Source: Patescibacteria group bacterium
Lineage (GTDB): Bacteria; Patescibacteriota; Patescibacteriia; 2-01-FULL-39-33
DNA length: 64,000 bases
Reading direction: 5' to 3'
Assembly: GCA_041649575.1 (NCBI GenBank)
Contig: JBAZMW010000002.1
Span: 148,487-212,486, forward strand
Shown here: piece after piece, positions 1-9,277 of the stretch
Layout: each line of letters begins with the position of its first letter
How positions within the stretch are numbered: position 1 is the stretch's first letter
Notes under the pieces: model-generated
What the model was told of the DNA's origin: nothing
The model's database searches: none
The model's input: the letters and a program-made list of their open reading frames with translations, nothing else
Position numbers and translations under genes: made by a program

Positions 1-876
1 GGCCTACTCTTTGTGGCCAGTTTGGTTAGTCTTTTCCTTTGGGGCCTAAGACCCGGTTTGGATTTTACCGGCGGCAGTCTCATGGAGCTGTCTTTTGCCA
101 CCAGTCGCCCCGGTTCTCAAGAAGTCTCCGCCGCGCTGGTGCCGTTGAATCTAGGGGATTTGATAGTTCAGCAGGCCGGGGAAAAAGAAATAATGTTGCG
201 TTTTAAGGCCGTTGACGAAGCGACGCATCAGGGTATTTTACAAACTATTAGCGATAAATTTGCCGCTGATTCTCCGGAACAAATCAAAGAATTGCAGTTT
301 GAATCCATTGGTCCGGTTATCGGTAAAGAGTTGCAGCAAAAAGCCTGGTGGCAGATATTTTTGGTTTCTTTGGGCATTATTATTTACATCGCTTTTGCTT
401 TTCGAAAGGTTTCCAAACCGCTGGCCTCCTGGAAATATGGCGTCTCGGCCATTATCGCCTTGCTTCACGACATTGTTATTGTTGCCGGCTTTTTCTCGGT
501 CTTGGGGCATTTCTTTAATGTAGAAATCGACGCCTTGTTTATTACGGCTCTTTTAACCATCATGGGTTTTTCCGTTCATGACACCATTGTGGTTTTTGAC
601 CGTACCAGAGAAAATATCACCCGTCATCATGGCGGCACTTTTGCCGAAGTGGTTAATGATAGCGTCAACCAGACCATTGTTCGCTCCGTCAACACTTCTC
701 TAACGGTGCTATTGGTGTTGTTGTCGCTTTATATTTTGGGAGGCGCGACTATCAAAAACTTTGTTTTGGCTCTGCTTTTTGGCATTGCCATTGGCACTTA
801 TTCCTCTATCTTTGTCGCCAGTCCGGTAATTGTTGACTGGAATAATTTTGGCAAGAAAACAAAATCAGCCAGATAA
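1..876 (+). CDS. secF: Protein translocase subunit SecF (or C-terminal part of SecDF), 5'-truncated by the window edge
   Basis: Open frame from base 1. LDFTGGS motif and multi-TM SecD/SecF core (IIALLHDIVIVAGFFSVLG...VHDTIVVFDR). Confidence 0.85.
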   Translation, partial: GLLFVASLVSLFLWGLRPGLDFTGGSLMELSFATSRPGSQEVSAALVPLNLGDLIVQQAGEKEIMLRFKAVDEATHQGILQTISDKFAADSPEQIKELQFESIGPVIGKELQQKAWWQIFLVSLGIIIYIAFAFRKVSKPLASWKYGVSAIIALLHDIVIVAGFFSVLGHFFNVEIDALFITALLTIMGFSVHDTIVVFDRTRENITRHHGGTFAEVVNDSVNQTIVRSVNTSLTVLLVLLSLYILGGATIKNFVLALLFGIAIGTYSSIFVASPVIVDWNNFGKKTKSAR

Positions 877-929
877 TTATTAATCATTTTAGTCAAGCAA
901 GCTCTAAAAAAATAGAGTTTGTTTTTTTA

Positions 930-958
930 TTGACAAAAATATTTATTTTTGATATAAT
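930..958 (+). promoter_or_regulatory. sigma-70 type promoter (TTGACA-17-TATAAT)
   Basis: TTGACA at 930-935, 17-bp spacer, TATAAT at 953-958, upstream of the 1024 gene. Confidence 0.6.
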
Positions 959-1023
959 AAAGTAAATAATAAAAAGTTTATTATTTTTTAGCTAGATTTA
1001 GCTGAAATATTTATATTTTTAAT

Positions 1024-2181
1024 ATGTCTATTTTAGATCAAGTTAGAAAAAATCAATTTCAGGACAATTTAGCCGGTTTTAATCCCGTGTCCACTCTTAA
1101 TACTTTATTTTCCAGTCTAAGCGACAAAGAAAGAGATGTTGTTAGGCGGCGTTTTGGCTTGGGTACGGATCGCAAATATACCTTGGAAGAAATCGGCAAA
1201 CAATACGGCATTACTCGGGAAAGAGTGCGCCAGATAGAGAGTTTAAGCATCAAAAAATTAAAAGAACTTCAAGAATTGAAAGAAGAAATCGAAAAAGCCG
1301 AAAAAGTTGTGGTTCAGCTGTTGGAGCAGTATGGCGGCGTTATGGAACAAGATTTCTTTTTGGAAAAAGTCCTTAATTATTTAGAGGCCCAAGAAAATAT
1401 CGAGAATGTCTTGTTGTTTTTGGCCGAACACATTTTTTCCGACAATGTCTCCAAGGTCCGCCAGGACAAGGAATTCAATAATTTATGGAGAACCGATAGC
1501 GCCGATGTCACCTCGCTGAAGGATATTGTTAATGAGATGGTCCGAGTGATCAGTCAAAACAATCAGCCCGTTCAGCTGCAGAACTTGCTTAACAGTTTCA
1601 AAGACTCCGAATTCTATCAAAAAAACAAAGATAAAATTCTTTCTCGGGCGGTTTTTTTGGAAGCCACCGAAGAGGACGTGGATAAAATTTTAGAGAGTTA
1701 TCTGCGCGCTAGCCGCAAAATCAAATCCAATTTGTTTGACGAGTGGGGCTTGGTCTCTTGGGGCACTGTTCAACCCAAGAAGATCAATGATAAAATATAT
1801 ATGGCCCTAAAGAAAGCCGGCAAGCCTTTGCATTTCACCGAGATTGCCAATTTAATCAACGAAACCAAGTTCGACGATAAAATCGCTTATCCGCCCACCG
1901 TTCATAATGAATTGATTTTGGATGACAAATATGTTTTGGTCGGCCGCGGTATTTACGCTCTGAAAGAATGGGGCTATAATCCCGGCAATGTGGCCGATGT
2001 TTTAGAGGAAGTGTTAAAGGAAAATGGTCCTTTAACCCGCGACGAAGTTATCGAAAAAGTTTTGGCCAAGCGCCAAGTCAAGAAATCAACCGTCTATTTG
2101 TCGCTGATGAACAACAGCCAGATCAAGAAAAACGAGCAGGGCAAATACTATTTACTGGACGATACTGCCAAAAGTTTATAA
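1024..2181 (+). CDS. Sigma-70 region-4 domain protein with C-terminal HARE-HTH-like domain
   Basis: N-terminus LSDKERDVVRRRFGL...TLEEIGKQYGITRERVRQIE is a sigma-70 region 4 HTH. C-terminus GRGIYALKEWGY resembles the HARE-HTH of the RpoE delta subunit. Confidence 0.6.
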   Translation: MSILDQVRKNQFQDNLAGFNPVSTLNTLFSSLSDKERDVVRRRFGLGTDRKYTLEEIGKQYGITRERVRQIESLSIKKLKELQELKEEIEKAEKVVVQLLEQYGGVMEQDFFLEKVLNYLEAQENIENVLLFLAEHIFSDNVSKVRQDKEFNNLWRTDSADVTSLKDIVNEMVRVISQNNQPVQLQNLLNSFKDSEFYQKNKDKILSRAVFLEATEEDVDKILESYLRASRKIKSNLFDEWGLVSWGTVQPKKINDKIYMALKKAGKPLHFTEIANLINETKFDDKIAYPPTVHNELILDDKYVLVGRGIYALKEWGYNPGNVADVLEEVLKENGPLTRDEVIEKVLAKRQVKKSTVYLSLMNNSQIKKNEQGKYYLLDDTAKSL

Positions 2182-2256
2182 ACTTTAATTGTCAGCTAAA
2201 GTTAGCGTTTCAGACGCTAATCTAAGATAGTCTAAAACTCAGGAAGGTGACAAGGT

Positions 2257-3804
2257 ATGGGAATTGAACTTAATTTTGATTTGGCTTCAGTTTGGGAAAG
2301 TTTCGTAATTTTTGCTTCCCAGGATCCAATTACCATTGGCATTCAACTGTTTCTTAAAGGTGGTTGGGTGATTTTTTTAATTGTAATACTGACTGTTTTT
2401 TACGATGCGTGGCTAGATGCCCGCCAAGGCCAGTATGCCGGCAAGTGGCAGCATGTTCTCTTGGCTATCGATATTCCCAAAAACAATGAACAAACACCTA
2501 AGGCGGTAGAAAATCTTTTTGTCGCTTTGGCCGGTACGCAATCCAGCGGCAATTTGATTGATCGTTATTGGCATGGCAAAATACAAGAAAGTTTTTCCTT
2601 CGAAATCGTCAGTCTCGAAGGCTATATCCAATTTTTGGTGCGCACTCCCGTTCATTTCAGGGATCTGGTGGAGGCCGCTGTTTATGCCCAGTATCCGGAA
2701 GCGGAAATCACCGAAGTCGAGGATTACGCCAAGGATTATGCCGGATTGCGTTTTCCCAATGAGCAATATAATTTGTGGGGCACCGAATTGGTTCTGACCA
2801 AGGATTACCCCTATCCCATCAAAACTTATATTGATTTTGAACACACTTTGACCGGCAATTTTTTGGATCCCATGGCGGGGTTATTGGAGATTTTGAGCCG
2901 CTTCGGTCCCGGCGAGCAGCTCTGGCTGCAGCTGGTGGTGACGCCGTGGAAGCCGGACTGGGGCGAAAAAGCCAAAAAAGCCATCAAGACTCTTAAAGGA
3001 GAAAATTATGCTCCGCCGACCACCATAGCCGACAGGATAGCCAAACCAATCGAGTGGTTGGGCACTCAGGCCTTAAATGTCGCTAATGAATTTGCCGGCG
3101 GCGGGGGAGAGGGAGCCAGCAAAAAAGAGGAAGATCAGTGGAAAATGTTCAAACTTACTCCTGGAGAAAGACTGGTTTTTGAAAAAATTCAGCATAAATT
3201 GTCCAAAATTCCTTTCCGGGTGAAATTTCGCATGATTTATTTGGCCAAAAAAGATGTTTTTGCCAAAGGCCGGGGCGTAGCGGCTGTGATTGGCAATATT
3301 CAGCAGTTTAATGTCTCCGACGCCAATGGCTTCAAACCCGGCCCGAAAACCAAGACGGCGGTCGATTATTTTCGCGTTAAGAAAAGATTGGCGGAAAGGC
3401 AAAAAAGGATTTTGCGTCGTTTTATTGGCCGCAGTAATTTTTATGGCGAACCGGTCAGTAATATGTTTTTGAGTACCGAGGAATTAGCCACCCTTTGGCA
3501 TTTCCCGGTGATGACCGTTAAGGCGCCCAGGCTGGAAATGATTGGCTCCAGGCGAGCCGTTCCGCCCACTCGTTTGCCCTACAAAAGTCGTGGTTTTACC
3601 GTTGAAAAAGAGAGAGTTAGAACTTTGGCGGAAAGAGACGGCAGGATTGAAGAAAAAATTGAAGGTTCACTGGAATCTCATCCCCGGTCGCCAAAGTTAC
3701 CAGCGGTAGCGCCGCTGGTTCGGCCGGCCAATTTAACGGACAAATCGACCGAACCGCCGCCGCGAAGAAATCCCGAACCGCCGGCCAACTTACCCACTGT
3801 TTAA
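2257..3804 (+). CDS. Membrane protein (two N-terminal TM helices, large soluble domain); putative partner of the downstream TraD-like ATPase
   Basis: Hydrophobic N-terminus (VIFLIVILTVFY). 13 bp upstream of, and co-oriented with, the coupling-protein-like ATPase. Pro/Arg-rich C-terminal tail. Confidence 0.5.
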   Translation: MGIELNFDLASVWESFVIFASQDPITIGIQLFLKGGWVIFLIVILTVFYDAWLDARQGQYAGKWQHVLLAIDIPKNNEQTPKAVENLFVALAGTQSSGNLIDRYWHGKIQESFSFEIVSLEGYIQFLVRTPVHFRDLVEAAVYAQYPEAEITEVEDYAKDYAGLRFPNEQYNLWGTELVLTKDYPYPIKTYIDFEHTLTGNFLDPMAGLLEILSRFGPGEQLWLQLVVTPWKPDWGEKAKKAIKTLKGENYAPPTTIADRIAKPIEWLGTQALNVANEFAGGGGEGASKKEEDQWKMFKLTPGERLVFEKIQHKLSKIPFRVKFRMIYLAKKDVFAKGRGVAAVIGNIQQFNVSDANGFKPGPKTKTAVDYFRVKKRLAERQKRILRRFIGRSNFYGEPVSNMFLSTEELATLWHFPVMTVKAPRLEMIGSRRAVPPTRLPYKSRGFTVEKERVRTLAERDGRIEEKIEGSLESHPRSPKLPAVAPLVRPANLTDKSTEPPPRRNPEPPANLPTV

Positions 3805-3816
3805 ATTTTCTAAAAA

Positions 3817-5418
3817 ATGACAGAAGAAAGCGTCGAACAAAAAAAAGAAATAACCATTTTTGCCGAAACCAATTTCCGCAACCAGCGGCGCAGTTTTGGT
3901 ATTAAGCGCGATGATCGCCGGCGCCATATGTATATTATCGGTAAGACCGGCATGGGCAAAACCACGCTTTTGGAAAACATGATTATTTCCGATATCATCA
4001 ACGGCGAAGGTTGTTGCTATATTGATCCTCATGGCGATACCGCCGAAAAAATTCTAAATTATATTCCTTCCCACCGGGTTAACGACGTGGTCTATTTCAA
4101 CCCGTCCGATACGGATTTTCCCATCGCTTTCAATATTCTGGAGGCGGTTGACGAAAAAAGCAAGCACTTGATCGCTTCCGGCTTGGTCGGAGTTTTCAAG
4201 AAGCAATTCGCCGACAGCTGGGGCCCGCGTTTGGAATATATTTTAAGAAATGCTATTTTAGCTCTTTTGGATTATCCCGGTAGTACGCTTTTGGGTATCA
4301 TGAGGATTTTGGTTGACGCCGATTATCGCGACAAGGTGATTGAGAAAGTCACTGATCCGGTGGTCAGGTCTTTTTGGACCAATGAATACACCAAATGGAA
4401 CGACCGGGTTTTGCAAGAGGTCATTTCGCCGATTCAAAACAAAGTGGGCCAATTTTTATCTAATTTTTTAATTCGCAACATCGTCGGTCAGGTCAAATCG
4501 ACCATTGATATGCGCGAGATCATCGACAACAAAAAAATAATGATAATGAACTTGTCCAAGGGCCGTATCGGCGAAGACACCATGCAGCTTTTGGGATCGA
4601 TGATTGTCACTAAATTGTATTTAGCGGCCATGAGCCGCGTTGATGTTCCCGAGCAGCAGCGCCAAGATTTTTATCTTTACGTTGATGAGTTCCAAAATTT
4701 TGCTACCGACAGTTTTGCCGATATTTTGTCAGAAGCCAGAAAATATCGCCTGAACCTGGTTATTGCCCACCAGTACATCGAGCAACTGCCGGAGCTGGTG
4801 ACTGCCGCGGTTTTTGGCAACGTGGGCACGCTGATCAGTTTCCGGGTGGGCGCTTCCGATGCCGAGAGCTTGGTGCGGGAATTCACTCCTACCTTTACTG
4901 AAGAAGACCTGGTTAACCTGCCTTCTTTTAATGTCTATCTGAAATTAATGATTGACGGCATTTCTTCCGATCCGTTCTCCGCCACCACTTTACCACCACT
5001 TTTCGACGAAATGATCACCGACAGCAGTGAAAAGGTCATTAAAGTTTCTCGCGAACGTTATGCCCATGGTCGTAAGGTAATAGAAGACAAAATTAACCGC
5101 TGGAGTGGCATTGATCTAAGTGAAAAGTTGGCCGAAGCCACCGTGGGCAAGGGAGTGCCGGTTGTCATTTCCGCTTCCGGCGACGGCGCGAAGAAGAAGA
5201 AAAAAAAGAAGAAAAAGAGCCAGGCCACCGCTGGCAATAATTTTTCCGTGGCCTGCGCTTCCTGCGGCACGCCGGTCAAGCTGAACTTTCAGCCCGATGG
5301 CAAGCGCCCGATTTTTTGCGAGAATTGCCTTAATCAAATGGCCAAAGAAGAAGTCAAGTCCGACGAGGACGATGGCTACCAGAGTTTGGAAGATTTAAAA
5401 AAGATTCTGGGCCGATAA
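3817..5418 (+). CDS. TrwB/TraD/VirD4-family (type IV coupling protein-like) P-loop ATPase with C-terminal poly-Lys tract and CxxC...CxxC zinc ribbon
   Basis: RRRHMYIIGKTGMGKTT matches the RRH-x-GxTGxGK Walker A context of TrwB/TraD. Walker B LYVDEFQNF. Nine-residue Lys run, then CASCG...CENC. Confidence 0.65.
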   Translation: MTEESVEQKKEITIFAETNFRNQRRSFGIKRDDRRRHMYIIGKTGMGKTTLLENMIISDIINGEGCCYIDPHGDTAEKILNYIPSHRVNDVVYFNPSDTDFPIAFNILEAVDEKSKHLIASGLVGVFKKQFADSWGPRLEYILRNAILALLDYPGSTLLGIMRILVDADYRDKVIEKVTDPVVRSFWTNEYTKWNDRVLQEVISPIQNKVGQFLSNFLIRNIVGQVKSTIDMREIIDNKKIMIMNLSKGRIGEDTMQLLGSMIVTKLYLAAMSRVDVPEQQRQDFYLYVDEFQNFATDSFADILSEARKYRLNLVIAHQYIEQLPELVTAAVFGNVGTLISFRVGASDAESLVREFTPTFTEEDLVNLPSFNVYLKLMIDGISSDPFSATTLPPLFDEMITDSSEKVIKVSRERYAHGRKVIEDKINRWSGIDLSEKLAEATVGKGVPVVISASGDGAKKKKKKKKKSQATAGNNFSVACASCGTPVKLNFQPDGKRPIFCENCLNQMAKEEVKSDEDDGYQSLEDLKKILGR

Positions 5419-5435
5419 AGCTATAAGCTAAGAGA

Positions 5436-5460
5436 GCGGCGCAGGAGCCGCTTTTATTTA
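5436..5460 (+). terminator. rho-independent terminator
   Basis: GCGGCgcaggaGCCGC hairpin followed by TTTTATTTAT. Confidence 0.55.
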
Positions 5461-5486
5461 TCTTTAAAATGTGTTAAATTTTTCAT

Positions 5487-6035
5487 ATGTGGTCTGTTGT
5501 TTGGCAAGCTTTTTATTTGGCCTGGCCGGCTTATTTGGCCAATATGGCGCCGGTTATTTTCAAAAATTTTGGTTGGTTAAAATTTTTGGATCGGCCGATA
5601 GATGGCGGCAAAAAATTCGGCGGTGATTATCTTTTTGGACGGCACAAGACTTGGCGCGGGCTCCTGGCCGCTATCGTCGGCGGAGCTTTGGCCAGCTTTT
5701 TTCAGCTGATTCTTTATCGTTATCAGTTTTTCAGTTCTTTTTCTCTTTTTGACTACAACCAGCAGTGGCTGCTGGTCGGTTTACTTGGTGGTCTGGGCGC
5801 TATCCTGGGTGATTTGGCAAAAAGTTTTTTCAAACGTCGCCTGAAGATCGCCTCGGGCCGGTCTTGGCCGGTTTTTGACCAGTTGGATTTTATTTTTGGT
5901 TTTTTTGTTTTTGTTTATCTAACAGTCAGGCCGCCACTATTAGTGGTTGTCGTTGTTTTTCTAATCACCCTTATTCTTCATCCTTTGACTAATGTTTTTG
6001 CTTATCTTTTGAGATTTAAAAAAGTTTGGTGGTAA
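5487..6035 (+). CDS. CDP-archaeol synthase-like (CarS/DUF46) integral membrane protein
   Basis: GRHKTWRG motif and polytopic membrane profile typical of the CarS/CTP-transferase-like DUF46 family. Confidence 0.55.
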   Translation: MWSVVWQAFYLAWPAYLANMAPVIFKNFGWLKFLDRPIDGGKKFGGDYLFGRHKTWRGLLAAIVGGALASFFQLILYRYQFFSSFSLFDYNQQWLLVGLLGGLGAILGDLAKSFFKRRLKIASGRSWPVFDQLDFIFGFFVFVYLTVRPPLLVVVVVFLITLILHPLTNVFAYLLRFKKVWW

Positions 6036-6040
6036 TCAAG

Positions 6041-6934
6041 ATGAAAAAAGCGTTAATTATTTTTAACCCCACCGCCGGCCTGGTTAGCAGACAGGATGTC
6101 CGCGGGCTGGTGGAAAAAAAATTGAAAGAGCTGGGCTTCGACTGGGAATTGTTTTTGCTTAACTCGGAGTTTGAAAAAAATATCTCCAGCTTTGATTTTT
6201 CCGGGCTCAAGTTGGTGGTGGCGGTGGGCGGTGACGGCACGATCAAGGTGGCGGCCCGCACCATTTTAAAAAACAAACTGACTTGCCCGTTGGCGGTCGT
6301 GCCTTTTGGTTCGGCCAATGTGATAGCTTCCACCCTGGCCATCCCCATTAGTATTAAAGAAGCTTTAAAGCTTTTAGACAAACCTAGTACCAAAAAAATC
6401 GACGTCGGCCTGATTAATGGCAACCGTTATTTTTTGGTCGGTTTTTCCTTGGGCTATATCTCCGACATCGTTATTAATACCGGCAAAGGACTGAAAAATC
6501 GTTTTGGTATGCTGGGCTATTTTTGGCGATTATTTTTTAATAAAATCAGAATCTCCCGGCTTAAATTCAAAATCCAAACCCGCAACAGGACTTTCTGGCT
6601 CAAGGGCAATAGCCTGATAATTTTTAACGCTTTCAATTATTTTGGTTTCCGGCCCAAAAGGCCTATCAGCATCAGCGACGGCATTTTTAATCTCTACGTC
6701 ATTACTAATAAGACTTTTTTTTCTTTGATCCGGGCTGGATTTTATATCCTGCTCTACCACCAGCCGCCGCGTTATGTTTTTACTTTGGATAATAATTTCT
6801 TTAGAATAACTCTGCGCCGTCAACACTTTCTCAAAACCGCTCAAATCGACGGCGATCATCTCAATTTGCCGCGGGAAATAATCATCGAGGTATTGCCCCG
6901 GGCGCTAGAAATGGTGGTAAAAAATAATGGCTAA
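6041..6934 (+). CDS. Diacylglycerol/lipid kinase catalytic-domain protein (YegS/BmrU-like)
   Basis: ALIIFNPTAG...VAVGGDGT matches DAGK_cat signatures. Start taken at the internal ATG (MKKALIIF), which avoids overlap with the upstream gene. Confidence 0.65.
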   Translation: MKKALIIFNPTAGLVSRQDVRGLVEKKLKELGFDWELFLLNSEFEKNISSFDFSGLKLVVAVGGDGTIKVAARTILKNKLTCPLAVVPFGSANVIASTLAIPISIKEALKLLDKPSTKKIDVGLINGNRYFLVGFSLGYISDIVINTGKGLKNRFGMLGYFWRLFFNKIRISRLKFKIQTRNRTFWLKGNSLIIFNAFNYFGFRPKRPISISDGIFNLYVITNKTFFSLIRAGFYILLYHQPPRYVFTLDNNFFRITLRRQHFLKTAQIDGDHLNLPREIIIEVLPRALEMVVKNNG

Positions 6935-8045
6935 AGAAAAAGTGGTAGTAGCGATGAGTGGTGGCGTTGATTCCTCCGTCGCTGCGGCCTTACTCAAAAA
7001 ACAAGACTATGAAGTGGTTGGAGTTTTTATGCAGTTTTGGTTTCCCTTGTCTCGCCAGGGACAAGCGGAGGCGGGCTCGTTTACTAAAAATAAAACCATT
7101 CAGTCAAGTATAAATACCAAGGTTTACGAAGAAAACCGCTGTTGTAGTTTGAGGTCTTGGAACGAAGCGCAACAAGTGGCGCGAATTCTGGATTTTCCTG
7201 TTCGCAAGGTAAATTTCGGACGGCAATTCAAAAAACTGATTGTTGATGAATTTTTGCGTGAGTACAGACTGGGTCGCACTCCCAACCCTTGTGTCGCTTG
7301 CAATAAATTTATCAAATTTGATTTGTTGTTGAAATATGCGAGAACTGTTTTTGGTGCGGATTATTTGGCTACCGGGCACTATGCTAGCTTGGTGTCATTC
7401 AAATTAGGACGGCCCAAAGACAGACAAAAAGACCAGACTTATTTTTTGTATAATTTAAAACAAGCACAATTAAAGCACCTGCTTTTTCCGCTTGGTAATT
7501 ATACTAAAAATGAGGTCAGAAAATTGGCTAAGAAGTTTAAGCTGCCGGTTTTTGATAAGCCGGACAGCCAGGAAATCTGTTTTGTGGGGCAGTCACATTA
7601 TGATTTTTTGAAGAAATATTTGCGCTTACAGCCGGGTAAAATCATTAGCAACCAAGGAAAAATATTGAGAACGCATCAGGGTCTGCCCTTGTATACCCTG
7701 GGCCAAAGGAGCGGCTTGGGGCTTTCGGGCGGACCGTGGTATGTGGCTGAAATGGATTATAAAAAAAATCGGCTGGTTGTCACCAAAAAAGAAAAGCAGT
7801 CAGCAATCTTTCGAAAAGAATTAGTCGCCCAAAAAGTTAATTGGCTTTTTGGCGAACCAAAATTTCCTCTCATATGCCAGGCGCAAATTCGTTATCATGC
7901 CCGGTCGGCCAGTTGTCTGGTGAAAAAGCAGGACCAAAAGATTGTTGTTGAATTCAGGCAAAAGCAGCGGGCGATAATGCCCGGCCAATCTGTGGTTTTT
8001 TATCAAGGTGATGAGCTGTTGGGCGGGGGAGTGATAGTGGGTTAG
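6927..8045 (+). CDS. mnmA: tRNA-specific 2-thiouridylase MnmA (with extra insert after the PP-loop region)
   Basis: VVAMSGGVDSSVAA PP-loop, CCS..., NPCVACN and TGHY motifs. Confidence 0.9.
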   Translation: MAKEKVVVAMSGGVDSSVAAALLKKQDYEVVGVFMQFWFPLSRQGQAEAGSFTKNKTIQSSINTKVYEENRCCSLRSWNEAQQVARILDFPVRKVNFGRQFKKLIVDEFLREYRLGRTPNPCVACNKFIKFDLLLKYARTVFGADYLATGHYASLVSFKLGRPKDRQKDQTYFLYNLKQAQLKHLLFPLGNYTKNEVRKLAKKFKLPVFDKPDSQEICFVGQSHYDFLKKYLRLQPGKIISNQGKILRTHQGLPLYTLGQRSGLGLSGGPWYVAEMDYKKNRLVVTKKEKQSAIFRKELVAQKVNWLFGEPKFPLICQAQIRYHARSASCLVKKQDQKIVVEFRQKQRAIMPGQSVVFYQGDELLGGGVIVG

Positions 8046-8153
8046 TACAGAAGGAGTCAGGTTAATAATAAAAAAAGAAGACAAAGATCGGGCAGAAGAG
8101 GTTTTAGAAATTGGTAATAAGTAAATTATTAATAATAAACAAAGATTTAACGT

Positions 8154-8182
8154 TTGACATAATTTTGAAAGCATAATAAGAT
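8154..8182 (+). promoter_or_regulatory. Promoter TTGACA-17-TAAGATAAT driving a GC-rich cassette
   Basis: TTGACA at 8154-8159, 17-bp spacer, TAAGAT at 8177-8182. The same motif recurs at 9196. Confidence 0.55.
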
Positions 8183-8284
8183 AATATATCTTTCTCCAGA
8201 GAGAATGATTCATAGTCCACTTGTGGTGGAAGATGATTGCACAAAAGACAAGGGAACAGGAACCCAAGAAGGAGGCTGTACGTC

Positions 8285-9106
8285 ATGATTAAAAGAACCG
8301 TCGTGGGGCGACTTTTCCGTGATTCTGGCGCATTCGGCCAGTTGACGCCGCCGCCCGGTCTGGAGGGAACCATTGGTGATCCCGATTGGGATTTCTTCTC
8401 GAAGCTGCCGCCGCGTTTTGATTTTCTGGAACTCTGCGATCGGGTCGGCCACGCTTTTGAGATGTCCGAGTCACCCATCTCGCCCTCCGACTGGGAGGAC
8501 CAGTTCGAAAGTCAGAAGGAGCGGCTGCTCGCTCTGTCCGGCTGCTCTGATGGCCATGGCATCGTGCTTTTGCCCGGCCTATTGCCAGTGGCTCCCGGTG
8601 ATTGTATCAGGAAGAGCCTTTTCAATGTCTACATCCCGGCGGTAGAACGCGGCTACGGGGCGATCTATCCCAAGAGGGCTTTTGAGGATTGGTGTGATGG
8701 TCGGGCGGACAGTGTCGCGGCTTTTCCCGGAGTGGGCCACGAGCATCTAATCCACCTCGCCAGTAAAGGCTTGGTCGCCGTCTTCGTCTACATCGCCCAT
8801 TGTATGCGGGCGTGGCCCGTCTCGACCCAGCGCCGACTGCCACGGAAGTTGTTCAAATCGAATTTCTCCTTGGCCGGCGGCTGTGACACGCTTTCCGTCC
8901 TGTCTCTGCACCCTGATATTCTCGCCGCTGGTTTCTGTAGCCCGACGATCGAGCTCAGTGCCTTGCAGACAGATTCGCCGCGCCTCTCGATCTGCGTGGT
9001 GCCAGAAGACAAACGCCTCAGACTCGACATCTGGGGTAATCCCGACGATTTCGCGCCTGAAGCTTCAGGAGGGCTTTCGTTCTGGAAGGAGCAACCTGTC
9101 TTCTAG
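8285..9106 (+). CDS. Hypothetical protein, G+C-rich (foreign-looking) gene
   Basis: Long ORF in a sharply GC-rich segment. AAGGAGG sits 7 nt upstream of the ATG at 8285. No recognisable motifs. Confidence 0.5.
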   Translation: MIKRTVVGRLFRDSGAFGQLTPPPGLEGTIGDPDWDFFSKLPPRFDFLELCDRVGHAFEMSESPISPSDWEDQFESQKERLLALSGCSDGHGIVLLPGLLPVAPGDCIRKSLFNVYIPAVERGYGAIYPKRAFEDWCDGRADSVAAFPGVGHEHLIHLASKGLVAVFVYIAHCMRAWPVSTQRRLPRKLFKSNFSLAGGCDTLSVLSLHPDILAAGFCSPTIELSALQTDSPRLSICVVPEDKRLRLDIWGNPDDFAPEASGGLSFWKEQPVF

Positions 9107-9195
9107 CTGGCGCGCCTTAGCCGGCTGCCGGAGTTCTCTAATTGGGGCTAGTGATCATACCAATCACCGGCCTCTGTTTTTTGTTTTAAGCGTAG

Positions 9196-9224
9196 TTGAC
9201 ATTGATAATGAAAACCCTTAAGAT
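9196..9224 (+). promoter_or_regulatory. Promoter TTGACA-17-TAAGATAAT (second copy)
   Basis: TTGACA at 9196-9201, 17-bp spacer, TAAGAT at 9219-9224. Same architecture as the promoter at 8154. Confidence 0.55.
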
Positions 9225-9277
9225 AATCTTTCGATCTTTCAAGTTAAACTAGTAAGGCAACCATGGAGGGAGCTGCC

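Noticed and set aside
212-523. Two overlapping ORFs (212-523 plus strand, 238-510 minus strand) inside secF.
   Set aside because: They lie inside the well-supported SecF reading frame and have no RBS. They are off-frame artefacts.
8289-9030. Numerous overlapping ORFs on both strands within the 8.2-10.0 kb segment (for example 8373-8645, 8622-8843, 8788-9030, 9337-9930).
   Set aside because: These are typical stop-codon-poor artefacts of GC-rich DNA. Only the two frames with an SD and recognisable motifs (PlsC-like) were kept.
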